Source of the DNA: Squalus acanthias
Lineage: Eukaryota
Direction: 5' to 3'
NCBI GenBank assembly: GCA_030390025.1
Contig: CM059432.1
Location: forward strand, 120,344,001 to 120,408,000
DNA: 64,000 nt
Both the position numbers and the translations under genes were made by a program. Below, piece after piece: positions 40,841-52,132 of this stretch. Numbering within the stretch: the first letter of the stretch is position 1; every line of letters starts with the position of its first letter. Below the pieces are notes generated by a model. It had not been told where the DNA came from, searched no databases, and was given only the letters and a program-made list of their open reading frames with translations.

Positions 40841-41743
40841 CAGGGGTTGGAGATCATAGAGGTGAGGGTCAAGCGATCGCGGAGAGGGTAACAGGCAAGC
40901 TTGTTGGTCCTGGAGGAAGCTGTGCTGGTCTGCCTGGCCCACAAGCAGTGCTGTAAATGCACTTACCTTATGGATCCAGCCCTTCTCACCTCCTTTTACC
41001 TGGCATGTTTCCCAAGACTCGGGAAACCTGGCCAAAATAGGTAAAAAATAAAAATGTTGTTAAAATGGAGGCACGCAGCCAATGGTCGCCCTAATTTTTT
41101 TTGGGGTGCACGGCCCCTTTAAGGGGCTGCAAGGCCCATTCACAGTTCCGCGTAAAACTTAACATTGGAAAAGCCGGTCCTGGGCTGCACAGATCCGGCA
41201 AACAGCTGTGCGGTCACGCAGCTCAGAGGGAATGTTGCACACAGCCTCCTTAAAAGCTTTTACTGACCAACCCGCCTCCTGAGAGCGGATTGGTCGCCCC
41301 CCCCCCCCCGCACCACCAAATCCTGCCTTGGTTAAAACCAGAAGTGGGCAGGTTGGAGTCGGGTTGGGTTCGGGTTTGAAATTCTTCAAAATTGTAACTT
41401 CACACCTGACCCAAACCTCATCCGTTCTTGGGGTTAAAATTACCCCCAAGCTCTCTGCAATCAATACGAACCTGCATTGCGTCATGTGTGATTGTCACTG
41501 GGTGTTACCACAGTGGTGCCCCTTGGTGCTGGTGTGCTTTGTTTGCTGTTTAATTCCTTTTAAGTGTTTCCCCTGTGGAAGGAATGGTGTTTCAGTGGAA
41601 TCTGGTTGGGATTTAGGTGCCCCTGTGCAGTTTCTTGAGATGGTTCTCCAACTGCTTTAGACACATCAATCGATGGAGTGGCTGGCAGGTACTGCCAACT
41701 CTCTGACACACCTACCGTCACTTACACTTAGACTGTAGATGTG

Positions 41744-42482
41744 GGGGTAGAGTTTCTGCATTGGTGCAATGGGAAAATTGCACCCAAAATGCATTTGAAA
41801 TTGCGCTGGTTAAGTTACAGTTCAGGCTTGCACTAAAATTCATTTGCATAATCACAAATGTAAAATCTTCCATGAACCAGCGCAATCGGTCAGCATAATA
41901 GAATGCTAATGTTTCTTTTCTAACTTTCTATTAACAAATATTCCTTGATATATTTAAGAGTGGTAATCTGGTGCTGTTTTATTAATACAGCTGAAAATGG
42001 GTTTATCACCAAAAAATAAGCATTTTTAATAAGGGTGTCCAGTCCACCACCTGTGAGTAACCTGATTTAGAATCACTAAAAATCACTTTAAAAGCCTATG
42101 CTGAACCATTTAATAGTTTCATTGGTGTACACTAGTCAGTTTCTTAGTAAATTAATTATTTTTTGACATGAAAAGACTTTAAAACTTGCCTACTGGTGCC
42201 TGTGCATCTAAGGAAATGAGTACAATTTGAAGAGCCTTCGCGAACTAGTGCAATTGGCAGAATCTCGCAATTTCCACCTGGGGGCATGGCCTGTTTTGTG
42301 GGCGGGGCCTGATTCCGGCAAATTGAACCTTGAACCAGCGTAAAAGATTGGGGTAAACACAAACGTAGGCGGTTTTGGGCATAACTCACTTACGTTTAAA
42401 ATTCCCCGATATTTTGGGCTGGTTCAGCTGATTCCGCCCAGAATGCGCTGATATGACTAACGTAAACAAGCTACTAGGCCCC
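41744..42482. mobile_element. Degenerate Harbinger-type MITE
   Basis: GGGGTAGAGTTT start and CTAGGCCCC end; imperfect. Confidence 0.4.
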
Positions 42483-43315
42483 TAAATGCTGCGTGTAGAG
42501 ACAGCAGCTTCATCTGTGCCTACAACAGCCTGACCACTGCTGCTGAGAACTCCTTCAGCCTGTCCACTGAGCAGATTAGTGTGCAGTAATGATGTCCCTA
42601 CTTCAAGGTTCTTTCAAGCCAGTCATCCAGCCTGCTGAAGCTGAACAAGAGAGCCCATTGTAGTTTGGAGCCAGAGGCCTGTATACCAGTAATCTGAGCA
42701 TCCATGAAAGATACTGCAACTGGGCCTAGCAGCTGTGCAACTTAGGGCTCTGCTACTGATGCCCCTGAAGTTGTCACACGCTCCAAGGTGCACTGCAATG
42801 CCAACAGCTGCTCATCCGTCATTGTGTAGGTGCAGCAAGTGGATCCCTTCACACTTCACCAGACCTTGTCGAGCACAGCCTCAAGTGACCCCTGTAGCTG
42901 AAGCTGCTCCTTTTATAAGCCACCCCTCTGAGGTCAAAATCCCTGGACACTATAGCTGAAGAAGGAACCATGCAGCACCTCTAGGCAGCAGGTCCCTGTT
43001 TCTCCTCTTCCACCACCATTTGCTGCTCTTCACCTGTGCTCTGTGACTCAACCAATGCTCCTTCCTCAAATGGGTGAATTTGTAGATACATTGAAAGGTT
43101 TATTTGTTTCTCATGAGTGGTTTTTGTTTTCTGTTTATGTTTTAATCATCCAGCTCAAGAAACATTAACCACCAAAAGAAGTTTTCAAAATTGTTTGATT
43201 GGTCAGTTTTGTGGTACCTGCTGGTTTGTGAATGGCAGCTCTGAAAAATAATTTGAGAGGTTTGATTGCCTGGTTTTCTGTTAGATACTCATTCTTCAAC
43301 AGCTACGTCTAGTGG

Positions 43316-43735
43316 GCCTCTGAGTCAGAAGGTTGTGGGTTCTTGTCCCACTTGAGACTTGAGCACAAAAATCTCGGCTAACACTCCAGTGCAGTGCTGC
43401 ACTCCAGTGCTGCACAGAGGTGCCGTCTGTCAGATGAGATGTTAAACCAAGGCCCCGTCTGCTCTCTCAGGTGGACATAAAAGATCCTATGGCACTCTTT
43501 TGAAGAAGAGCAGGGGAGTTATCCCCGGTGTCTGGCCAATATTTATCCCTCAATCAACATCACTAAAGCAGATTATCTGGTCATTATCACATTGCTGTTT
43601 GTGGGAGCTTGCTGTGCGCAAATTGGCTGCCGCGTTTCCTACATTGCAACAGTGACTACACTTTAAAAAAAGTACTTCATTGCCTGTAAAGCGCTTTGGG
43701 ATGTCCAGTGCTCATGAAAGGCACAGTATAAACAC
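43316..43735 (+). mobile_element. DeuSINE (SacSINE1-like)
   Basis: Colinear with 9183-9650. Confidence 0.9.
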
Positions 43736-46700
43736 AGTTAATTAGATAACTGATTGGTAAGTTTACAGATAAGTGATTATTTAAGCCAATCATATTTTTT
43801 CCTTTACAGGACGTGTGATGCTATAAATGTGATCTTATTAAGCTGTAATGCCTCTGAGGCTACACTTTCAAGCGTAATGCCTTTGACACACACTTGAAGT
43901 AAGACTTCAATTATAGTGATATTTTGAAATAAATCATACAGGTTAGGTTATCTGATACAGAATACATTATCATCAATGCATACTCCAGTATGGAGAAACA
44001 GCAGGTAATCTTTTCCTCCAGAATGGCAATCTAAAATATAGTCTATGCCATTCTGCAAATTAGGGTACTTTACGCCACACCGTATTTGCAATGCCCTATT
44101 ATAATTCTTCTAAGCAGATTGAAAACCAACATTATGTACTGCACAATGCCCAGGCAGAACTGTGCCACTCTCACGAGCACACAGCTTGCCTGTCATTTTC
44201 ATTTGGAGTTAGAGCCACTCACTAAAATCCGGCTGCCACACATATCAACTAGAGTGCATGAAAATGCACGACAGATGAAATTATACGGAAAGAAGAAAAA
44301 TGTGTAATTGCTACAATGATACCCGGCTTAGAGAATGCTACAAGAGAGCGGGGGAAAGAAAAATGCAGCTATATAATCAGAAGTTCAAGAAAATCTTCTG
44401 ATCATTTTGATATTGGAATAAGATGCATCAATTCTGTTACTTACTTGGCTGGAAAAACAACAGCAGAAATTTGTCAGAAGCGCTTGGATGGAAAATAAAG
44501 ACCAATAATGTAATTGGATATGAAATAATAGCTTTTTTGGGAGCAAGAGAAGAGCACTTCGAATTTTAGACATCTGATCTTACAGCTTAAATGGAAAACG
44601 GAAAATCTCCCCAACGCACACATTCTTTAATCCGCAGTGAATCGTTCATTAGTGAAATCCTGCCGGAAATGTTTTATTGTTTGGCAGTCCAAAATACCAG
44701 GAAAATACATCACTCTAATTAAATGGCGAGTAGACACTAATCTGACTCAGAAGATCTCGTGTGTCATTTCCAGTTTTATATTCTTTCTGCCCTTTATAGA
44801 GAAGTACATAAGCAGAGGCATTACAGCAAGGTCTTTTAGGTCCACTGCAGGTTCATGCTGTAAATGGCACGTCTGTAGCAGTTAGCAGTTTGATGCATTA
44901 TTAATTCCCTGAAAGACATAAACTGAAGGAAGTGATTTGCAACCAAGCCAAAATGTTACATCATTATGCAACTAATACAATGTCGGAAATCTAGTTCCTT
45001 TCTGGCCAATTTAAAGACTAAGGTAGCATTTGTGAGTCCCATTTGATATGTACCTGGAATGGGGACTGATCTGCTGAATGTGATGTTGATAAGGTCCTTG
45101 AATGGTCACTTGCTTATTCTCCTAATTAAGAGGTAGAATGATGCAAGGTCGATCCAACTACATTGACAATTTACAAAAATAATAATAACTATAGTGGCAA
45201 TTAAAAAAAAACCAAATCTTACCTGTGAAACAAACAAGCGTGTAATTATTTAAAAGACACAATTCGTTTTTTTTCCTTCTATTTCTGCTATGGTTCCCTC
45301 AAGCATTAACATTTCAGAGACGGATAGATCAGAAATGTGGAGAGAATGCTTTCAGAGATCTAGAATGCATAAGCGTTGAATTTGAAGTTGGTGCTGATGA
45401 ATAACTTTCATTGAATTTTTAGCACCTTTATCCTACAGTTGGAGTTGAACTCCACCTCATTTTCACAAGAAATAGTTTACTCATGGACCTAATGTTGGAG
45501 ACACATGACTGACACTCTGTGCATTTTCCTCTTTTTATGTGGTGCTAACACAAACAGGCATAGTCAGAAGTACAGGCTAAGGATCCCAAGGTCCTCCACT
45601 GATTCCGGCAATCCTCCCGCTCAGGTAAGATTACATGATCCCTGCCAGGTCATGGAGAGGGAGACATGCACCTCCTAGTGAATGGTTAGAGAGGATTACA
45701 CATCCCCGAAGTGATTATAGTGAGCACTGGCATTTAAGCAGCAGCCATTCCTTCATACTGAGCAGCTGCAATAACTCAGACCTGACAGACCTTAGGCCCA
45801 CAGGTTCAACCTGGCCTCTCATCACAATACAACACTTTCTCTCATTGCCTAATTGAACAATTTCACCAAACAGGATTGTATCCATTCCCAGCATATTTTG
45901 TCAATGAAGATTCTTTAACATTCAATATGAAGATTATTGGAGAATTTAGCTAATATTTTCACATGGAGAGATAGTCTGTTACTCTTCAACACTGTCCTAT
46001 AAATTGAACTAATAAATATTGACAGTAAAGTGTTCAAAGGCAGTTCTATTCACGTATATGTATTTACCTACATATTTCCACGTAGATATTTATCCAGGTC
46101 GTCTTCATTACCCTTTATTCTAGTAATCAGGTAATTATCATGCAAAGACAATGGTTCATACCTCAATACCAATTTATTATTTATTTTTATCTCTATTGTC
46201 TAGTTCCCTGATTCTGCTGTATCCCTCCTTTCTTCCTTTAGAGAGAATACTCTTCACCAGCTTTTTATTTAAAGGAGCAGTATGCTATAATCAGTGGTGC
46301 AGTTGATAGAACTGCTAGGACTGCATAAAAATAATAATTTTCTAAAAGAATCCACTTCAAAGGAATATCCATCTGTACTATATTAAAATTATTGGGTAGG
46401 ATATGCACTCCACTGTATACATTTATATACAAGCAAAGTAGTACTCATGCTATTGTCCCAGGGCTGTGATGTTGAATGCAGCGGCATTGACGACATATTT
46501 CTTCCCACCTGTAGCTTAACCCTGCCTTCCAGTTAGAGCATATGTACATATAAAGCAGATAAGAATGAAACAAAGGAAGGATTAAATTAGAGGAATAAAA
46601 CATCAAAAGAAATGAATACAGTTCCACCTGTGAAGAAATTCAGTATTGAGCCAGCGATAGGATAAAAATGAGGCAAGACTAGCTGTGTTAGGAGTGCATA

Positions 46701-47057
46701 AAAAATAATAATTTTATTTTAAAAATACCATCCAAAAATTATCTATCTATTGCATATTAGAATTCTTACATCGGGGGAGCATGCCATTGAAAGCTGCTAT
46801 GTAAAAATTTCTAATGGAAACTCCATGCTAAAATGTCAACAGTTACCTGTTACACTTATCTGTAATTAATACCCATGATGTCACTAGGTGGCACAATTAT
46901 TTTTTTCCCCCACAAATCACTCAAAAAGTTTTCTGAAAGTAAATAATCTGTCATTTTATTCTCAGTAACTGAAATTTCAAATATCTAAAATAGGTTTGTA
47001 AAAAGTTCAAAAGGTACATATTTCACAATAATATGGTTAAGTTTACCCATTGTGTCA

Positions 47058-47505
47058 GGCAGTGGCTCAGTTGGTAGCACCCTTGCCTCTCAGTTATGAA
47101 GGTTGTGGGTTCAAGTCCCACTCCAGAGATTTGAGTACAAAACTCTAGGCTGACACTCCAGTGCAGTACCGAGGGAGTGATGCACTGTTGGAGGTGCCAT
47201 CTTTCAGATGAGAAGTTAAACTGCTCTCTCAGGTGGATGTAAATGATCCCATGGCACTATTTCGAAGAAGAGCAGGGGAGTTATCCCCTGTATCCTGGCC
47301 AAGATTTATCCCTCAATCAACATCAGTAAAAAAAATTATCCGGTCATTATCACATTGCTGGTTGTGGGAGCTTGCTGTGTACAAATTGACTGCTGTGTTT
47401 CCTACATTATATCAGTGACTACACTTCAAAAAGTACTTCATTGGCTGTAAAGTGCTTATGGATGTCTGGTAGTCATGAAAGGCACTCTATAAATGTAAGT
47501 ATTTA
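47058..47505 (+). mobile_element. DeuSINE (SacSINE1-like)
   Basis: Colinear with 9183-9650; intact A and B boxes. Confidence 0.9.
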
Positions 47506-47649
47506 TTTTCCTTGAATTGTCTTTGTGTCTTTTAATGCATTCATTAAGCTTTTTATTTCAATGATGTGGAGATGCTGGTGTTGGACTGGGGTGGACAAAT
47601 GTGAGAAGTCGCACAACACCAGGTTATAGTCCAACAGTTTTATTTGAAA

Positions 47650-47686
47650 TCACAAGCTTTCGGAGCGCTGCTCCTTCGTCAGGTGA
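47650..47686 (-). ncRNA. Minimal hammerhead ribozyme, intact core
   Basis: TCAC-CTGACGA-aGGAGC-AGC-GCTCC-GAAA-GC-TT-GTGA. Confidence 0.85.
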
Positions 47687-49695
47687 AGTGAAGAGATGTA
47701 TATCGGCACAGCATATATAGTCAGAGAACACTGCCAGACGATTACAGTTAATCTTTCTAACTGCCCTTTATCACACCTCAGCAGAGAGACAATCACGGCA
47801 ATCAAAGGTGTGGATGGTGTTCAAACAGGTCAGTCAGGAAAACATTACATCAAACACAATGAGGTGGGGTCACAAGGGGTCAAATGTGGCAGACGCTGGG
47901 GTCTGTATGGAAAACAAAAAAAATTATTGCTGGAAATCACAGCAGGTCCGGCCGCATCTGTGTAGAGAGAACAAGCCAACGATGACTCGAGTTTGGATGA
48001 CTCTACGTCAGGTGGGGTTACATGTAGTGTGACATGAACCCAAGATCCCGGTTGAGGCTGTCCTCATGGGTGCAGAACTTGGCTATCAGTTTCTGCTCGA
48101 TGATTTTGCGTTGTCGTGTGTCTGGAAGGCCACCTTGGAGAACGCTTACCCGAAGATCGGAGGCTGAATGTCCTTGACTGCTGAAGTGTTCCCCGACTGG
48201 GAGGGAACAGCCTGCCTGGCGATTGTTGCGCGGTGTCCGTTCATACGTTGTCGCAGTGTCTGCATGGTCTCGCCGATGTACCATGCTCCGGGGCATCCTT
48301 TCCTGCAACGTATGAGGTATAAACGAAGAATCACTGAAAAGACTACACGGTAACATCAACAAGTTCCATCCCACCATCAAACTCACCATGGACTACTCCT
48401 CAGAATCGGTTTCATTCTTGGACACACGAATCTCCATCAAAGACGGACACCTCAGCACTTCACTCTACCGCAAGCCCACGGACAACCTCACGATGCTCCA
48501 CTTCTCCAGCTTCCACCCTAACCACATTAAAGAAGCCATCCCCTATGGACAAGCCCTGCAAATACACAGGATCTGCTCAGATGAGGAGGAACACGATGCA
48601 CACCTACAGACGCTGAAAGACGCCCTCGTAAGAACGGGATATGACGCTCGACTCGTCGATTGACAGTTCCGACGGGCCACAGTGAAAAATTGCATAGACC
48701 TCCTCAGAAGACGAACATGGGACACAACCAACAGAGTACCCTACGTCGTCCAGTACTTCCCCGGAGCAGAGAAACTACGCCATGTTCTTCACAGCCTTCA
48801 ACATGTCATCGATGATGACGAACACCTCGCTAAGGCCATCCCCATGCCTCCACTACTCGCCTTCAAACAGCCGCCTAACCTCAAACAGACCATTGTTCAC
48901 AGGAAATTACCCAGCTTTCAGGAGAACAGCGACCACGACACCACACAACCCTGCCACGGCAACCTCTGCAAGACATGCCAGATCATCAACACAGATACCA
49001 TCATCACACGTGAGGACACCAGGTACATGGTACATACTCATGTGACTCGGCCAATGTTGTCTACCTCATACGTTGCAGGAAAGGATGCCCCGGAGCATGG
49101 TACATCGGCGAGACCATGCAGACACTGCGACAACGTATGAACGGACACCGCGCAACAATCGCCAGGCAGGGGTGTTCCCGCCCAGTCGGGGAACACTTCA
49201 GCAGTCAAGGACATTCAGCCTCCGATCTTCGGGTAAGCATTCTCCAAGGCGGCCTTCGAGACACACGACAACGCAAAATCGTCGAGCAGAAACTGATAGC
49301 CAAGTTCCGCACCCATGAGGACGGCCTCAACCGGGATCTTGGGTTCATGTCACGCTACATGTAACCCCACCTGACGTAGAGTCATCCAGACTCGAGTCGT
49401 CGTTGGCTTGTTCTCTCTACACAGATGCGACCGGACCTGCTGTGATTTCCAGCAATAATTTTTTTTGTTTTCCATACAGACCCCAGCGTCTGCCACATTT
49501 GACCCCTTGTGACCCCACCTCATTGTCTTTGATGTAATGTTTTCCTGACTGACCTGTTTGGACACCATTCACACCTTTGATTGCCGTGATTATCTCTCTG
49601 CTGAGGTGTGATAAAGGGCAGTTAGAAAGATTAACTGTAATCGTCTGGCTGTGTTCTCTGACTATATATGCTGTGCCGATATACATCTCTTCACT

Positions 49696-49732
49696 TCACC
49701 TGATGAAGGAGCAGCGCTCCGAAAGCTTGTGA
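49696..49732 (+). ncRNA. Minimal hammerhead ribozyme, intact core
   Basis: TCAC-CTGATGA-aGGAGC-AGC-GCTCC-GAAA-GC-TT-GTGA; palindromic AAGCTT stem III. Confidence 0.85.
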
Positions 49733-49853
49733 TTTCAAATAGAACTGTTGGACTATAACCTGGTGTTGTGCGACTTCTCACATTTTTATTTCAAGGTTGC
49801 AAGCTGCCTTAAAAGCTTGGGCTTCAACTGGATATCAAAAATATGAAGATCTA

Positions 49854-50746
49854 AAGGGAGAAATTCAGTATCGCCCCATTTGGGCTGCAATTATCGGCCG
49901 GGCGCAAAGATTAGCGCCTGGCGCTAATTATCGCCACCGACTGTAAACTTGACTTTTATCACCCCTGGAGGTGATTGGAGCGCTAAATCAGGCGCTTCAC
50001 ACCTGTCTTAAGGCGCAAAGGCCGAGGAGCGAGGTGCTACCTCAGAGCGCTGGCGAAGCTCATGTAATGTCAGTCAGCAATGGAACACACACACAATGGC
50101 ACGGGCCAGTTCTTAAAGGGGATGGTTAATCTTGCTTTCCATCCACATCCTACTCATTGCAGCCTTGAATCTCGGCCTGGAGAGACCTGCACATCAAATC
50201 TGCTGGAAAGAACAATGGAGAGTACGAGGCAAAGAGCTCAGAGTGCAGCCCCCACAGTCTCTCCTAAATCGATACAAGGAATGGCAAATCAAAATGAACC
50301 TGCAAAGTGCTGCTCAGTACCCAAAACTCCTTCACACAACGTTGAATCTCTCCAGAAGTCTCTCTCTCTCTCGCTCAGAATGCGTAGTTCAAAAATGGCA
50401 CCAACAATAAAAGGCAGGAAGCGGACACCTTTAAATAGCGCTCCCCCTTTCCCTTCATGACTGCAGAACGCTCCCCTCAACCTGTCGTTGCTAGCGTCAG
50501 GCAGTAAGGCAGGGGGCGCCACTCAATATCCGCTCCGGGGCGATACCGGGGCATTGCGCACTCGACTGACGTCACGATCTGCCGACGTAGGAGATCGTGG
50601 TGGTAGTGTTTAGCGCCGCCACAAAATGTCTAGTTAATTTCGCGAGCAGCGCAAACTTCGCCGCGCCTGGGCACTAGATGCTTTGCGCCCCATTAGCGCC
50701 CTCTTAAGGCGCTAACGGGAGGCGCAACCAACTGAATTTTTCCCCC
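49854..50746 (+). mobile_element. Non-autonomous derivative related to the 51776-56063 Harbinger family
   Basis: Both ends align to the autonomous element's subterminal regions; right end CAACTGAATTTTTCCCCC; TSD ambiguous. Confidence 0.88.
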
Positions 50747-50870
50747 TATATAGTACTTTAGTGTCTCTGGAAGCTATTACCTGCTGTTATTTTTTAAAAA
50801 AAATTAAGCCTCATATACATACCTTTATAACTGCCCAGTAAAACTCCAGCACCACCACTGAAAATTCTTG

Positions 50871-51657
50871 GGGGGAGAAATTCGGTTGCAAAACTGACCA
50901 GATATTTTACGGCGATGCTAAACACTGCGCCCGCAGATCGTGACGTCAGTCGAGCGTGCAACGCCCCGGAGTGCACCGGACCAGATATTGAGTGGTGCCC
51001 CCTGCCTTACCGCCTGCCGCTAGCAACGACAGGTTGAGGGGAGCGTTTTGCAGTCGGGAAGGGACTGGGGGAGCGCTATTTAAAGGTGACCGCTTGATGC
51101 CATTTTTTGTCAGCGACATTTTTGCACCACGCATTCTGAGAGAGAGAGAGAGACTTCTGGAGAGATTCAATGCTGTGTGAAGGAGTTTTGGGTATTGAGC
51201 AGCACTTTGCAGGTTCATTTTGACTTGACCTTCCTTGCATCGATTTAGAAGAGACTTTGGGGGCTGCACTCTGAGCTCTTTCCCTGGGCTCTCCATTGTT
51301 CTTTCCAGCAGATTTGATGTACAGGTCTGTCCAGGCCGAGATTCAAGGCTGCAATGAGCAGGGTGTGGATGGAGAGCTAGATCGACCCATTCCTTTAAGT
51401 ACTGACCGGCGCCAGTGTGTCTGTGTTCCATTGCTGACTGACATCACATGAGCTTCGCCAGCGCTCTGAGGTAACACCTCGCTCCTCGGCGTTAGCACCT
51501 TAAGAGAGGTGTGTAGCGCCTGATTTAGCGCTCCAATCACCTCCAGGGGCGATATAAGCCAAGTTTGCAGTTGGAGGCGATAATTAACGCCAGGCGCTAA
51601 ACTTTGCGCCCGGCCCATAATTGCGCCCCAAACGGGGCGATACCAAATTTCCCCCCC
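50871..51657 (-). mobile_element. Second copy of the same non-autonomous derivative, inverted
   Basis: Reverse complement of 49854-50746 with a deletion; TSD TTG. Confidence 0.9.
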
Positions 51658-52132
51658 TTGGCCTTTCCATTACCCATGTTCGTTTTTATGGTTGCCTCAA
51701 TCGGTTCTTTCCTGACACTAAAAATTGTGAGCTTCCTATGTCATCGGGTCTTTGCAGACCAGGTCCCGATTCTAAGGGGTAGAAATTAGGTCGCGCCCCA
51801 TTTGGGGCGCAAATATCGTCCGCGCGCAAATATTAGCGCCTGGCGCTAATTATCGGCACTGACAGGAAACTTCACTTTTACCGCCCCGGGAGGTGAGTGG
51901 AGCGCTAAATTAGGCACTGCACACCTCTCTTAAGGCGCAAAGGCCTAGGAGTGAGGCGCTAACTCAGCGCACGAGCGCAGCGCAGCTGCTGCCAGTTAGC
52001 GCGGTAACACAGACACACTGGCGCCGGACACTTCTTAAAGCGGGGGGGGCCACTTGCTCCCCAGCCACACCCTGCTCATTGCAGCCTTGAATCTCAGCCT
52101 GGAGAGACCTGTAATCCATTTTGCTGCCAAGA

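Larger units (their letters stand above)
47562..49782 (+). mobile_element. Penelope-like element (second family) with an inverted copy of its 3' end, giving about 720-bp inverted arms (47599-48318 / 49065-49782)
   Basis: VSFLDT..LYRKPTD..IPYGQAL; CHGNLCKTC; YLIRCRKGCPGAWYIGETMQTLRQRMNGH (GIY-YIG); 12-bp TSD TTTTTATTTCAA (47550-61, 49783-94). Confidence 0.93.
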
